Positions 1-13,290 of a stretch of 64,000 nucleotides of DNA are shown piece after piece. Both the position numbers and the translations under genes were made by a program. Source of the DNA: Pristiophorus japonicus (lineage: Eukaryota); NCBI RefSeq assembly GCF_044704955.1, contig NC_091987.1, positions 219,728,001 through 219,792,000 of the forward strand, given 5' to 3'. Below the pieces are notes generated by a model. That model was not told where the DNA came from. It was given only the letters and a program-made list of their open reading frames with translations, and ran no database searches. The stretch's first letter is position 1; every line of letters begins with the position of its first letter.

Positions 1-1002
1 CGCCCGTCCCCACCGTTACACCGCCCGTCCCCACCGTTACACCGCCCGTCCCCACCGTTACACCGCCCGTCCCCACCGTTACACCGCCCGTCCCCACCGT
101 TACACCGCCCGTCCCCACCGTTACACCGCCCGTCCCCACCGTTACACCGCCCGTCCCCACCGTTACACCGCCCGTCCCCACCGTTACACCGCCCGTCCCC
201 ACCGTTACACCGCCCGTCCCCACCGTTACACCGCCCGTCCCCACCGTTACACCGCCCGTCCCCACCGTTACACCGCCCGTCCCCACCGTTACACCGCCCG
301 TCCCCACCGTTACACCGCCCGTCCCCACCGTTACACCTGCCCTCCCCACCGTTACACCTGCCCTCCCCACCGTTACACCTGCCCTCCCCACCGTTACACC
401 TGCCCTCCCCACCGTTACACCTGCCCTCCCCACCGTTACACCTGCCCTCCCCACCGTTACACCTGCCCTCCCCACCGTTACACCTGCCCTCCCCACCGTT
501 ACACCTGCCCTCCCCACCGTTACACCTGCCCTCCCCACCGTTACACCTGCCCTCCCCACCGTTACATCGCCCGTCCCTACCGTTACACCTGCCCTCCCCA
601 CCGTTACACCTGCCCTCCCCACCGTTACACCTGCCCTCCCCACCGTTACACCTGCCCTCCCCACCGTTACACCTGCCCTCCCCACCGTTACACCTGCCCT
701 CCCCACCGTTACACCTGCCCTCCCCACCGTTACATCGCCCGTCCCTACCGTTACATCGCCCATCCCCACCGTTACACCTGCCCTCCCCACCGTTACACCT
801 GCCCTCCCCACCGTTACACCTGCCCTCCCCACCGTTACATCGCCCGTCCCCACCGTTACATCGCCCGTCCCCACCGTTACATCGCCCGTCCCCACCGTTA
901 CACCTGCCCTCCCCACCGTTACACCTGCCCTCCCCACCGTTACACCTGCCCTCCCCACCGTTACATCGCCCGTCCCCACCGTTACACCGTCCGTACCCAC
1001 CG
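1..1002. repeat. 21-bp minisatellite (CGCCCGTCCCCACCGTTACAC / CTGCCCTCCCCACCGTTACAC), truncated by window start
   Basis: Direct tandem repeat of about 47 units. The two unit variants occur in blocks, with a switch near 337. Confidence 0.97.
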
Positions 1003-1003
1003 A

Positions 1004-2320
1004 TTTGTATATTTGTACTCCGAGATCCCTTTGTTCCTCTACCCCACTTCGATTCTTATTTTCCAAGTATTATGTGACCTCTCTACTTTTCTTACGAAAA
1101 TGTAATACCTCACATTTATCTGTGTTGAATTTAATTTGCCAATTGTATGCCCATTCTGCAAGTTTATTAATGTTCTCCTGTAATTTTTGCAATCCTCCTC
1201 AGTGTTGGCTCCCCCCACCCACCAATTTGGTGTCGTTTGCAAATTTAGAAATTGTGTTTTTGATTCCAAGGTCTAAATCATTAATATAAATTGTGAACAG
1301 TGGTCCCAGCACTGATCCTTGTAGAACACCACTACCTACCTTCTGTCCTTGCTCTCTGCTTTCTGTCTTGAGCCAGCTAGCTTTCCATTCTGCTACTTGT
1401 CCCCTGACTCCACATTCATTAGTCTTATTATGTGGTACTTTATTGAAGGCCATTTGAAAAGCTAGATAAATTACATCTACTGCAATACCCTTGTCTATTC
1501 TATTACCTCTTCAGAAAGTCAATTAGCTCAGTCAAATCCATGCTGACTATTAAATTTTTCATTTGTACATGTTTTTTTTTCCGTTAGGAGGCATTCCATT
1601 ATTTTTTTCCTACCTCTGATGTTAAGCTGACTATTTCCTGGACAGGTTCTATCTGTTAAATATAGGTGGTCCGTCAGCTATCCACCAGTCCTCTGGCACT
1701 ACGCTGTTTTCTGACGAATTACTAAATATGTGTAGTAATGCCTCTGCTATTTCTTCCCTAGATTCTTTTAAAATGCGCGGATGTAATCCGTTTAGGACCA
1801 GGGGTTTTATCCTCTTTGAGCTTGATCAGTTTATTTAGCATATCCCCTTGTTTTATTTTAAATGCAGTTAACTCATTACTAATCTTATCATCCAATGTAA
1901 ATACTGAAGCAAAGTAATTATTTAATATCTCTGCTATCTCTCTATTGCTGCCTGTGGCAACATTCTGTCTATCCAATAGCCATCCCAACCTTTTGTCAAT
2001 TGATACATCTGTAAAATATTATACTATTTTGTTTTATATGCCTTGATAATTTAATTTAATAGTTTCTCTTTGCCTTCCTAATTGTTTTTTTGACTTCTCT
2101 CCTCATCCCTTCATATTCTCCCTTATCATGCTTACCCCTGCTGTCCATGTACTCAGTATCTGCCTCTTTCCTTGCCCTCATTGTTCCCTTATGGCTTTAT
2201 TCATCCATGGAGTTTCATTAGTGTTTAGCTTGTTCTTGTTTATCAGCGGAATATATTTTTCTTGGACTCTGTTGAACACCGTTTTAAACTTAGAGTAAAT
2301 ATTTTTGAAGGACACATGCG
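1004..2320 (-). mobile_element. Decayed CR1 LINE ORF2 (RT) fragment
   Basis: Minus-strand peptides [23 protein letters not shown] and LNNYFASVFT, with frameshifts. Confidence 0.88.
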
Positions 2321-2644
2321 CAGATTCCAAGCCCTTCAAAACCTTTGACCCTGGTCCGTGCCTGTGCAAAGGGACTCGGGCCATATTATGGAGCAGCATC
2401 TGTTGGGTACAGTTCCGATTATAATCAAGGTGAAGAAGCAGTTCAGCCTTTGCTGTTCCTCCCTCTGCGAACGCTGTCTAACATCCCAGGACCATACCAT
2501 TGTATTAGTTTCCCTCTTTTCCACATTCTCTGCCTGTTGCATCGGCAGCTGCCATTCACTGGCCCATTACATGGTACAGCTCAACAGTGGAGAGGTGACA
2601 CCAATCAGGAACGGGGCTCTGAATCGCACCCAGTGGGGTACTGG

Positions 2645-2996
2645 GAGAGCTCCCTCCACACTGTCCCATCAAACACTCGCAGGACAGGTACAGCATGGGG
2701 TTAGATACAGAGTAAAGCTCCCTCTACACTGTCCCATCAAACACTCCCAGGGCAGGTACAACACGGGTTAGATACAGAGTGTAGCTTCCTCTACACTGTC
2801 CCATCAAACACTCCCAGGGCAGGTATAGCGCGGGGTTAGATACAGAGTAAAGCTTCCCCTACACTGTCCCATCAAACACTCCCAGGGCAGGTACAGGGGG
2901 TTAGATACAGAGTAAAGCTCCCTCTACACTGTCCCATCAAACACTCCCAGGGCAGGTACAGGGGGTTAGATACAGAGTAAAGCTTCCCCTACACTG
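2645..2996. repeat. 65-68-bp minisatellite, copy 1 (reverse orientation relative to the other two)
   Basis: About 5 units of ...CTCTACACTGTCCCATCAAACACTCCCAGGGCAGGTACAG...TTAGATACAGAGTAAAG. The same unit occurs at 27605 and 44012. Confidence 0.93.
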
Positions 2997-3087
2997 TTGT
3001 TGCGGTTCACCTATTGCTGGTCTGTTGTCTGCTTTGGCAGAATCTCTATTTATAGGATTTAATTCTGTGGAAATCTTTGCTGCCTAG

Positions 3088-3365
3088 GTTTGTCGCCCAT
3101 GAGACAAAGGGACCGAAGAGCAGCAGGGTCTCCGCGGAGACGACAAGACCCCGATTCTGACCTTTCGCCCCCACGAAAGGGGGGTGAACGTTTTTCTGAC
3201 TCTGACTTGTCACCGCCACGGAAGAAGAAGGCAGAGCGTGATTGGGATCCCAGGCCGGGCTCGGGGAGCTCAGACCCGTCGCCCGCTCGCCAGAAACTGC
3301 CCTCCCGTAAGCTGGCTCCCTCGGGAGGGAGAGGCCTCAGTCGGGACTCCAGTCCAAACACAACG
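3088..3365 (+). CDS. BUD13: BUD13 internal coding exon (DSDLSPPR repeat region)
   Basis: Acceptor cctag|G and donor ACG|gtaagg. Encodes two DSDLSPPR motifs typical of BUD13. The phase-0 end fits the next exon. Confidence 0.9.
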
Positions 3366-3916
3366 GTAAGGCTAGGCGCGGGCTTTGGGCAGGGTCTCGG
3401 GCGATGCAGTCATTGGCTGGAGAGCTGAGGCTACACAGGAGGTATGCTCGGCACACTGCCGCTCACATGGAGGCTGGGGGCTCGAATCCTGATCTCGGGA
3501 CATTACCGCCTGGGATTCTCGGGATTCTGTCGGAGTACTCTCCTGTGAAGCACCTTGGGGTGTTTTGCCATGTTACAGGCGCCATCTAATGGCACCATGT
3601 TGGTGATGGGGTGGATTGCTGGTTTTTCTGCTGGTTGAAGCTGCTCTTTACCTTTGGCTTCTCAAGGGCCAGTGATGGTCGACATGAGACTGACTGAGGC
3701 AGAGTGCACATAGCAACCAAAAAACCTCCGGTCATAAGCTTTTGCTAAGTGTTGCCTTTATTTTTCCTTGTTTTTGTAAGTGGTATTTCCCATGTTCGGT
3801 TCCCAGGACCCCATGACCATGCATCCTGCCTGTGCTCCATCTGACTGATAAATGACAGTCTGGCGGTGAAACTTCGAAAATACTTACTCCTCCAATTCTC
3901 CCTCCTCTCCTGAAGG

Positions 3917-6900
3917 TACTGGGTACAGTCCCGTGGTTACCGGGTACAGCCCCCCCGTGGTTACCGGGTACAGCCCCCCCGTGATTACCGGGTACAGCCC
4001 CCCCCGTGGTTACCGGGTACAGCCCCCCCGGTTACCGGGTACAGTCCCGTGGTTACCGGATACAGTCCCCCCGGTTACCGGGTACAGCTCCCCATGGTCA
4101 CCGGGTACAGCCCCCCGTGGTCACCGGGTACAGCTCCTCGTGGTTACCCCCGTGGTTACCGGGTACAGCTCCCCCGGTTACCGGGTACAGTCCCGTGGTT
4201 ACCGGATACAGCCCCCCCGGTCACCGGGTACAGTCCCGTGGTTACCTGGTACAGCTCCCCATGGTCACCGGGTACAGCCCCCACGGTTACCGGGTACAGT
4301 CCCGTGGTTACCGGATACAGCCCCCCCCGGTTACCGGGTACAGTCCCGTGGTTACCGGGTACAGCTCCCCATGGTCACCGGGTACAGCCCCCCGTGGTTA
4401 CCGGGTACAGCTCCTCGTGGTTACCCCCGTGGTTACCGGGTACAGCTCCCCCAGTTACCGGGTACAGCTCCCCCGGTTACCGGGTACAGCTCCCCCATGG
4501 TTACCGGGTACAGCCCCCCCCCGTGGTTACCGGGTACAGCCCCCCGGTTACTGGGTACAGTCCCGTGGTTACCGGATACAGCCCCCCCGGTTACCGGGTA
4601 CAGTCCCATGGTTACCCGGTACAGCTCCCCATGGTCACCGGGTACAGCCCCCCCGGTTACCGGGTACAGTCCCGTGGTTACCGGATACAGCCCCCCCGGT
4701 TACCGGGTACAGTCCCGTGGTTACCTGGTACAGCTCCCCATGGTCACCGGTTACAGCCCCCTGTGGTTACCGGGTACAGCTCCTCGTGGTTACCCCCGTG
4801 GTTACCGGGTACAGCTCCCCCGGTTACCGGGTACAGCTCCCCCGGTTACCGAGTACAGCTCCCCCGTGGTTACCGGGTACAGCCCCCCCGTGGTTACCGG
4901 GTACAGCCCCCCCGTGATTACCGGGTACAGCCCCCCCCCCCCCTGGTTACCGGGTACAGCCCTCCCGGTTACCGGGTACAGTCCCGTGGTTACCGGATAC
5001 AGCCCCCCCGGTTACCGGGTACAGTCCCGTGGTTACCGGGTACAGCTCCCCATGGTCACCGAGTACAGCCCCCCGTGGTTACCGGGTACAGCTCCTCGTG
5101 GTTACCCCCGTGGTTACCGGGTACAGCTCCCCCAGTTACCGGGTACAGCTCCCCCGGTTACCGGGTACAGCTCCCCCGTGGTTACCGGGTACAGCCCCCC
5201 AGTTACTGGGTACAGTCCTGTGGTTACCAGATACAGCCCCCCTGGTTACCGGGTACAGTCCCGTGGTTACCTGGTGCAGCTCCCCATGGTCACCGGGTAC
5301 AGCCCCCCCGGTTACCGGGTACAGTCCCGTGGTTACCGGATACAGCCCCCCCGGTTACCGGGTACAGTCCCGTGGTCAACGGGTACAGCTCCCCATGGTC
5401 ACCGGGTACAGCCCCCCCGTGGTTACCGGGTACAGCCCCTCGTGGTTACCCCCGTGGTTACCGGGTACAGCTCCCCCGGTTACCGGGTACAGCTCCCCCG
5501 ATTACCGGGTACAGCTCCCCCATGGTTACCGGGTACAGCCCCCCCCGTGGTTACCGGGTACAGCCCCCCCGTGGTTACCGGGTACAACCCCCCGGTTACC
5601 GGGTACAGTCCCGTGGTTACCGGATACAGCCCCCCCGGTTACCGGGTACAGTCCCGTGGTTACCTGGTACAGCTCCCCATGGTCACCGGGTATAGCCCCC
5701 CGTGGTTACCGGGTACAGCTCCTCATGGTTACCCCCGTGGTTACCGGGTACAGCCCCCCGTGGTTACCGGGTACAGCTCCCCCGTGGTTACCAGGTACAG
5801 CTCCCCATGGTTACCGGGTACAGCTCCCCCGTGGTTACCGGGTTCAGCCCCCGTGGTTACCGGGTACAGCCCCCCCGTGGTTACCGGGTACAGCTCTCCC
5901 GGTTACCGGGTACAGTCCCGTGGTTACCAGGTACAGCTCCCCATGGTCACCGGGTACAGCCCCCCGTGGTTACCGGGTACAGCTCCTCGTGGTTACCCCC
6001 GTGGTTACCGGGTACAGCCCCCCGGTTATCGGGTAGAGCTCCCCCGTGATTACCGGGTACAGCCCCCCCCCCCCCCTGGTTACCGGGTACAGCCCCCCCG
6101 TTTACCGGGTACAGCTCCCCCGGTTACCGAGTACAGCTCCCCCGTGGTTACCGGGTACAGCACCCCCGTGGTTACCGGGTACAGCCCCCCCGTGATTACC
6201 GGGTACAGCCCCCCCCCCTGGTTACCGGGTACAGCCCCCCCGGTTACCGGGTACAGTCCCGTGGTTACCGGATACAGCCCCCCCGGTTACCGGGTACAGT
6301 CCCGTAGTTACCGGGTACAGCTCCCCATGGTCACCGGGTACAGCCCCCCGTGGTTACCGGGTACAGCTCCTCGTAGTTACCCCCGTGGTTACCGGGTACA
6401 GCTCCCCCAGTTACCGGGTACAGCTCCCCCGGTTACCGGGTACAGCTCCCCCGTGGTTACCGGGTACAGCCCCCCAGTTACTGGGTACAGTCCCGTGGTT
6501 ACCGGATACAGCCCCCCCGGTTACCGGGTACAGTCCCGTGGTTACCTGGTACAGCTCCCCATGGTCACCGGGTACAGCCCCCCCGGTTACCGGGTACAGT
6601 CCCGTGGTTACCGGATACAGCCCCCCCGGTTACCGGGTACAGTCCCGTGGTTACCGGGTACAGCTCCCCATGGTCACCGGGTACAGCCCCCCGTGGTTAC
6701 CGGGTACAGCTCCTCGTGGTTACCCCCGTGGTTACCGGGTACAGCTCCCCCGGTTACCGGGTACAGCTCCCCCGGTTACCGGGTACAGCCCCCCCGTGGT
6801 TACCGGGTACAGCCCCCCCGTGGTTACCGGGTACAGCCCCCCGGTTACTGGGTACAGTCCCGTGGTTACCGGATACAGCCCCCCCGGTTACCGGGTACAG

Positions 6901-7600
6901 TCCCGTGGTTACCTGGTACAGCTCCCCATGGTCACCGGGTACAGCCCCCCGTGGTTACCGGGTACAGCTCCTCATGGTTACCCCCGTGGTTACCGGGTAC
7001 AGCCCCCCGTGGTTACCGGGTACAGCTCCCCCGTGGTTACCAGGTACAGCTCCCCGTGGTTACCGGGTACAGCTCCCCCGTGGTTACCGGGTACAGCTCC
7101 TCGTGGTTACCCCCGTGGTTACCGGGTACAGCCCCCCCGTGATTACCGGGTACAGCTCTCCCGGTTACCGGGTATAGTCCCGTGGTTACCAGGTACAGCT
7201 CCCCATGGTCACCGGGTACAGCCCCCCGTGGTTACCGGGTACAGCTCCTCGTGGTTACCCCCGTGGTTACCGGGTACAGCCCCCCGGTTATCGGGTAGAG
7301 CTCCCCCGTGGTTACCGGGTACAGCTCCCCGTGGTTACCGGGTACAGCCCCCCGTGGTTACCGGGTATAGCCCCCCATGGTTACCGGGTACTTATCCCCG
7401 TGGTTACCGGGTACAGCCCCCCAACCCCGTGGTTACCGGGTACAGTCCCCCCCTCCCCCCATGGTTACTGGGTACAGTTCCCCGTGGTTGTCGGGCACAG
7501 CCCCCCTCTGTGGTTACCGGGTACACACTCCCCACCCCCCCGCCCCCCCCCCCCCCCCCCCCGTGGTTACCGGGTACAGCCCCCATGATTACCGGGTACG
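3917..7600. repeat. ~3.7-kb minisatellite with core GGTTACCGGGTACAG and 20-25-bp units, intronic in BUD13
   Basis: Direct tandem repeat with variable C-run spacers. Confidence 0.97.
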
Positions 7601-7922
7601 GAAACTCCAAGTGCCAGCAATCCCATCCAAAAGGTCAATGCAGTTCTATTTGCTGTTGTATTTCTCACTTGCTGGTTTGTCCTGTTCCAATGCTGTGGGT
7701 CTGGAGTTTTGGAAAAGGCTGTTCTTAGCGCTGTTATCCCATTATTGGATTAATCGTCAGTCAGAACACCGAGATCTGTCCGTATCAGCAACTGGAGATA
7801 TCGGGGAATTACAGGCTTTACATTTTCTAAGGGTCCTCTCCTCCCCCTCCCCACTCGAAACCAACACAAAAACAGATTTGCGAAATCTTGATGGGTTGAC
7901 AACTTCTTTAAATCTGTTTCAG

Positions 7923-8037
7923 TTACAAGGGAATGAGATGCTGTCTGGGGGTCAGGCTGGTCTGGTATCGACAGATATACTGAGGAAAGAGAAAGCGGAC
8001 CGGAAAAAGAGGGAGCGAGCGGCCGAGCACTTGGCAG
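7923..8037 (+). CDS. BUD13: BUD13 coding exon (LQGNEMLSGGQAGLVSTDILRKE...)
   Basis: Acceptor tttcag| and donor GCAG|gtataa. Resembles human MYSGAKTGLVLTDIQRE (recalled). Phases 0/1 fit the neighbouring exons. Confidence 0.9.
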
Positions 8038-9810
8038 GTATAAGAACATAAGAAATAGGAGTAGGCCGTACGGCCCCACAAGCCTGCTCCACCATTCAAT
8101 AAGATCATGGCTCCACTTTCCTGCCTGTTCCCCATGACACTTGACTCCCCTGTAGTTCAAGAATCTGTCTATCTCAGCCTTGAATATATTCAATGACTCA
8201 GCTTCCACAGCTCTCTGGGGTAGAGAATTCCAAAGATTCACGACCCTCTGGGAGAAGAAATTCCTCCTCATCTTCGTCTTAAATGGGCGAACCCTTATTC
8301 TGAAACTATGTCCCCTAATTCCAGACTCCCCCAAGAGGGGAAAAACCCTCTCAGCTTCTACCCTGCCTAGCCCCCTCAGAATCTTACATGTTTCATAAGA
8401 TCACCTCTCATTCTTCTAAACGCCAATGAGTATAAGCCCAACCTGCTCAGCTTTTCCTCATAAGACAACCCCCTCATCCCAGGAATCAACCGAATGAACC
8501 TTCTCTGAACTGCCTCTAATGCAAATATATCCCTCCTTATTTAAGGAGACCAAAACTGTACGCAGTACTCCAGGTGTGGTCTCACCAACAATTGTAGCAA
8601 GACTTCCCTACTTTTATACTCTATCCCCCTTGCAATAAAGGCCAACATTCCATTTGTCTTCCTAATTACTTGCTGTACCTGCATACTAACTTTTATGTTT
8701 CATATACGAGGATCCCCAGATCCCTCTGTACCGCAGCATTCTGTAGTCTCTCCATTTATATATTTTGCTTTTCTATTCTTGCTACCAAAATGGATAACCT
8801 CACATTTTCCCACAATATATTCCATCAGCCAAATTTTTGCCCACTCACTCAGCCTATCTATATCCCTTTGCAGACTCTTTGTGTCTTCCTCACAACTTGC
8901 TTTCCCACCCATCTTTGTATTATCAGCAAATGTGGCTACATTACACTCAGTCCCTTCATCCAAGTCATTAATATAGATTGGAAATAGTTGAGGCCCCTGC
9001 ACTGATCCCACTAGTCACTGTTTGCCAACCGGAAAATGACCTATTTATCCTGACTCTCTGTTTTCTATTCGTTAGCCAATCCTCTATCCACGCTAATATA
9101 TTACCCCAGCACCGTGTGCAGTAATCTGGTTTTATGTGGCACCTTATCAAATGCCATTTGGAAATCCAAATACACTACATCCACTGGTTCCCCTTTATCC
9201 ATCCTGCTTGTTAGATCCTCAAAGAAATCTAATAACTTTATTAACCAGGATTTCTCTTTCATAAAACCATGTTGACTCTGCTTATGATTATGATTTTCTA
9301 AATGTCCGGCTACTACTTGCTTAATAATGGATTCCAGCATTTTCCCAATGGCAGATGTTAGACTAACTGGTCTATAGTTTCCTGCTTTCTGTCTCCCTCC
9401 TTTCTTAAATAGGGCCGTTACATTTGCAGTTTTCCAATCTGCTGGAACCTATCCAGAATCCAGGGAATTTTGGTAGATTACAACCAATGCATCCACTGTC
9501 TCTGCAGCTACTTTTAAGACCCTAGGATGCAGGCCATCGGGTCCAGGGGACTTGTCCACCTTTAGTCCCATTAGTTTGCCTTGTACTTTTTCTCTAGTGA
9601 TAGTGATTGTTTTAATTTCCTCCCTCCCTTTTGCCCCCTGATTTTCTAATATTATTGGGATGTTTTTAGTGTCTTCTACCATGAAGACCAATACAAAATA
9701 TTTGTTCAAAGTCTCTGCCATTTCCTTGTTTCCCATTATTAATTCCCCAGTCTCATCCTCTAAGGGACCAACATTTACTTTAGCTATTTTTTTTCCTTTT
9801 AGTTGTATAG

Positions 9811-11516
9811 TATTAGGCAGTCCCTCGTATCGCGGATGACCCGCTTTCACACCAAAAAGGGATGAGTTCACAGGTGTTTCCCGAGCTACATCCTGAAGGA
9901 TGGAAGATGCCTGTGTGTGGATTCTTTTAACGTGGGGTGGCCGTTGCACACCAGCCACCACACGGGCTTGACAGAGCTCGGTCTTGGTCCAGTGGCAAGG
10001 ATTAACCAAGAGACTGGAGACCTGCTCTGCTGCACAGACCCAGTGTGTACACATATCGCAGTGTGGGCTGGGCCTGTGCTGCACCTTCCCTGGGCCCCGA
10101 CCCTTCTGTTATATGCTGCGCCGCTCCTGGGCCTCTGCCTCGCTGCTGGGATTCTGGACCCTGACGTTGCCGCTCCTGGGCCACGACCCCGCCGCTCCTG
10201 GGCCACGACCCCACCGCTCCCGGGCCACGACCCCTCCGCTCCCGGGCCACGACCCCTCCGCTCCCGGGCCACGACCCCACCGCTCCCGGGCCACGACCCC
10301 ACCGCTCCCGGGCCACGACCCCACCGCTCCCGGGCCACGACCCCGCCGCTCCTGGGCCACGACCCCACCGCTCCTGGGCCACGACCCCTCCGCTCCCGGG
10401 CCACGACCCCACCGCTCCCGGGCCACGACCCCACCGCTCCCGGGCCACGACCCCGCCGCTCCCGGGCCACGACCCCGCCGCTCCCGGGCCACGACCCCGC
10501 CGCTCCCGGGCCACGACCCCGCCGCTCCCGGGCCACGACCCCGCCGCTCCTGGGCCACGACCCCACCGCTCCTGGGCCACGACCCTTCCGCTCCCGGGCC
10601 ACGACCCCTCCGCTCCCGGGCCACGACCCCGCCGCTCCTGGGCCACGACCCCTCCGCTCCCGGGCCACGACCCCACCGCTCCTGGGCCACGACCCCTCCG
10701 CTCCCGGGCCACGACCCCTCCGCTCCCGGGCCACGACCCCGCCGCTCCCGGGCCACGACCCCACCGCTCCTGGGCCTCTGGCCACGACCCCGCCGCTCCT
10801 GGGCCACGACCCCGCCGCTCCTGGGCCACGACCCCACCGCTCCCGGGCCACGACCCCACCGCTCCTGGGCCTCTGGCCACGACCCCACCGCTCCTGGGCC
10901 TCTGGTCACGACCCCACCGCTCCTGGGCCTCTGGCCATGACCCCGCCGCTCCCGGGCCACGACCCCACCGCTCCTGGGCCACGACCCCACCGCTCCTGGG
11001 CCACGACCCCGCCGCTCCTGGGCCACGACCCCGCCGCTCCTGGGCCACGACCCCGCCGCTCCCGGGCCACGACCCCACCGCTCCCGGGCCACGACCCCGC
11101 CGCTCCTGGGCCACGACCCCACCGCTCCTGGGCCACGACCCCGCCGCTCCTGGGCCACGACCCCGCCGCTCCTGGGCCACGACCCCGCCGCTCCAGGGCC
11201 ACGACCCCACCGCTCCCGGGCCACGACCCCTCCGCTCCCGGGCCACGACCCCACCGCTCCCGGGCCACGACCCCACCGCTCCCGGGCCACGACCCCACCG
11301 CTCCCGGGCCACGACCCCACCGCTCCCGGGCCACGACCCCACCGCTCCCGGGCCACGACCCCACCGCTCCCGGGCCACGACCCCACCGCTCCCGGGCCAC
11401 GACCCCTCCGCTCCTGGGCCACGACCCCTCCGCTCCTGGGCCACGACCCCTCCGCTCCTGGGCCACGACCCCTCCGCTCCTGGGCCACGACCCCACCGCT
11501 CCTGGGCCACGACCTC
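9811..11516 (-). mobile_element. RTE-related non-autonomous element/SINE nested in CR1, carrying a 22-bp array
   Basis: 8-bp TSD TTGTATAG at 9803-9810 and 11517-11524. The terminus (GGCAGTCCCTCGTATCGCGGATGAC) resembles the RTE 3' end at 59186. Confidence 0.7.
10168..11514. repeat. 22-bp CpG-rich minisatellite (CGCTCCYGGGCCACGACCCCRC), about 60 units
   Basis: Direct tandem repeat. Confidence 0.97.
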
Positions 11517-13290
11517 TTGTATAGATGTAGAGACTCTTACTGTCTGTTTTTATATTTCTTGCTGTTTACTGGCATAATCTATTTTCTCCCTCTTTATTAT
11601 TTTTTAGTCATCCTTTGCTGGTTTCTAAAATGTTTCGAATCTTCTGGCCTATTACTAATCTTCACAACATTGTCTGCCTTTTCTTTCAATTTGATGCCAT
11701 CCTTAACTTCCTTAGTTAGCCACGGATGGTTCATCCTTCTTGTAGACTCTTTCTCAGTGGAATATATCTTTGTTGAGAATAATTAAATATCTCCTTAAAT
11801 GTCTGCCACTGCTTATCTACCACCTGACCTTTTGATCTATTTTCCCAGTCCACTTTAGCCAACTCTGTCTTCATACCTTTTTAATTGCCTTTATTTAGGT
11901 TTAAGACACGAGTTTCTCACTCTCAAACTAAATGTGAAATTCTAACATGTTATGATCACTCTTCCCTAGAGGATCCTTTTCTAAGAGATCATTAATTAAT
12001 CCTGTCTCATTACACATTACCAGATCTAAAATAGCCTGTTCTCTGGTTGATTCCACAACGTATTGTTGTAAGAAACTGCAAGACACTCTATGAACTTGTC
12101 TTCGAGGCTACCTTTCCAATTTGATTTGTCCAATCTATATGAAAATTTAAATTGCTATTTCTTTTATCTCCACCCAAATTAATTCTACATCTTGATTTTC
12201 CAAGCTAAGAGAATTTCACATGACTGCACTGATCTCATCCTTTATTCACAGAACCACTTCACTTTCTGCCTATCTTTCTGAAATACCAAGTACCCCTGAA
12301 TATTTAGTTCCCAGCCTTGGTCACCTTGCAACCACGTCTCTGTAATGGCTATCAGATCATACCCATTTATATCTATTTGTACCATCAATTCATCCATCGT
12401 GTTACAAATGCTGCGTGCATTCAGATAAAGAGCCTTTAATTATGTCCTTTTACTATTTTCCCTCCTCTGACTCTATTTTCTGGTGCACTCTTCTGCTTGT
12501 ACGTTCTGTCCCTTCCTGTCACACTCTGGTTATCATTAACCCTATCGCTACCCTGCGCTATTGTCTTGTCCGTTCTCTTTAACTTTCTAAATTTCCCCTC
12601 ACTTGAACCCCCTCCCCCCCACTATTTAGTTTAAAAGCCCTCGTTATTCAATTCGCCAGGACACCGGTCCCAGCACGGTTCAAGTGAAGCCATCCTAACA
12701 AAAGCGCTCCCACTTTCCCCAGTACTGGTCAGTGCCCCATGAGTTGAAACCCATTTCTCCCACACCAATCTTTGAGACACTTTTGGATCTTATTGACCCT
12801 ATGCCAATTTGCTTGTGGCTCAGATATTAATCAGAGATTATTACCTTTCTGGTTCTGCTTTGTAATTTAGCCCCTAGCCTGCTCATACTCCCTCAGCAGA
12901 ACCTTTCTTAGTCCTACCGATGTTGTTGGTATCAACGCAGCACACGCAGGCAGTCCCAGCATGTGATTTTTTTCCCTGATGAAGCTGACTCTGTGGCCTC
13001 GCTATTCCCACCGCCCCCCCCCCCTTTTTACCCTGCTTAAATGCCTATTCTTCATGTGGGAACCTGAACAGAGTATTTAACCGGGATGGGGGGGGCATCA
13101 CTACAGGCTCTGATCTGCCCATACCTGATGGTCAAATACCTGCACGTTCCAGCAGGGTGAGTGTATAGGGGTCAGGAGCAGTATTGTTAGCTGTTCTCAG
13201 TGACACTGACATCTATTGTAGCTCCTCCAGTCCCGCCACTACTGGCTCAGCACAGACCTGCTTTCTCTAGCTCAGTAATATGAAGTGGTG

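Larger units (their letters stand above)
8040..12931 (-). mobile_element. CR1 LINE (ORF1 esterase remnant + EN + RT + TTCTTATG tail), interrupted by an insertion at 9811-11516
   Basis: Tail ATAAGAACATAAGAA at 8040. Peptides VVYLDFQMAFDK, PGPDGLHPRVLK and RRNFFSQRVVNLWNSLP. Confidence 0.92.

Noticed and set aside
3933-7728. 1069-aa and overlapping Pro/Gly/Thr-rich ORFs
   Set aside because: They are open frames of an intronic minisatellite; the same peptides appear in all three frames.
9886-11524. 300-535-aa ORFs on both strands
   Set aside because: A 22-bp tandem repeat that lacks stop codons.
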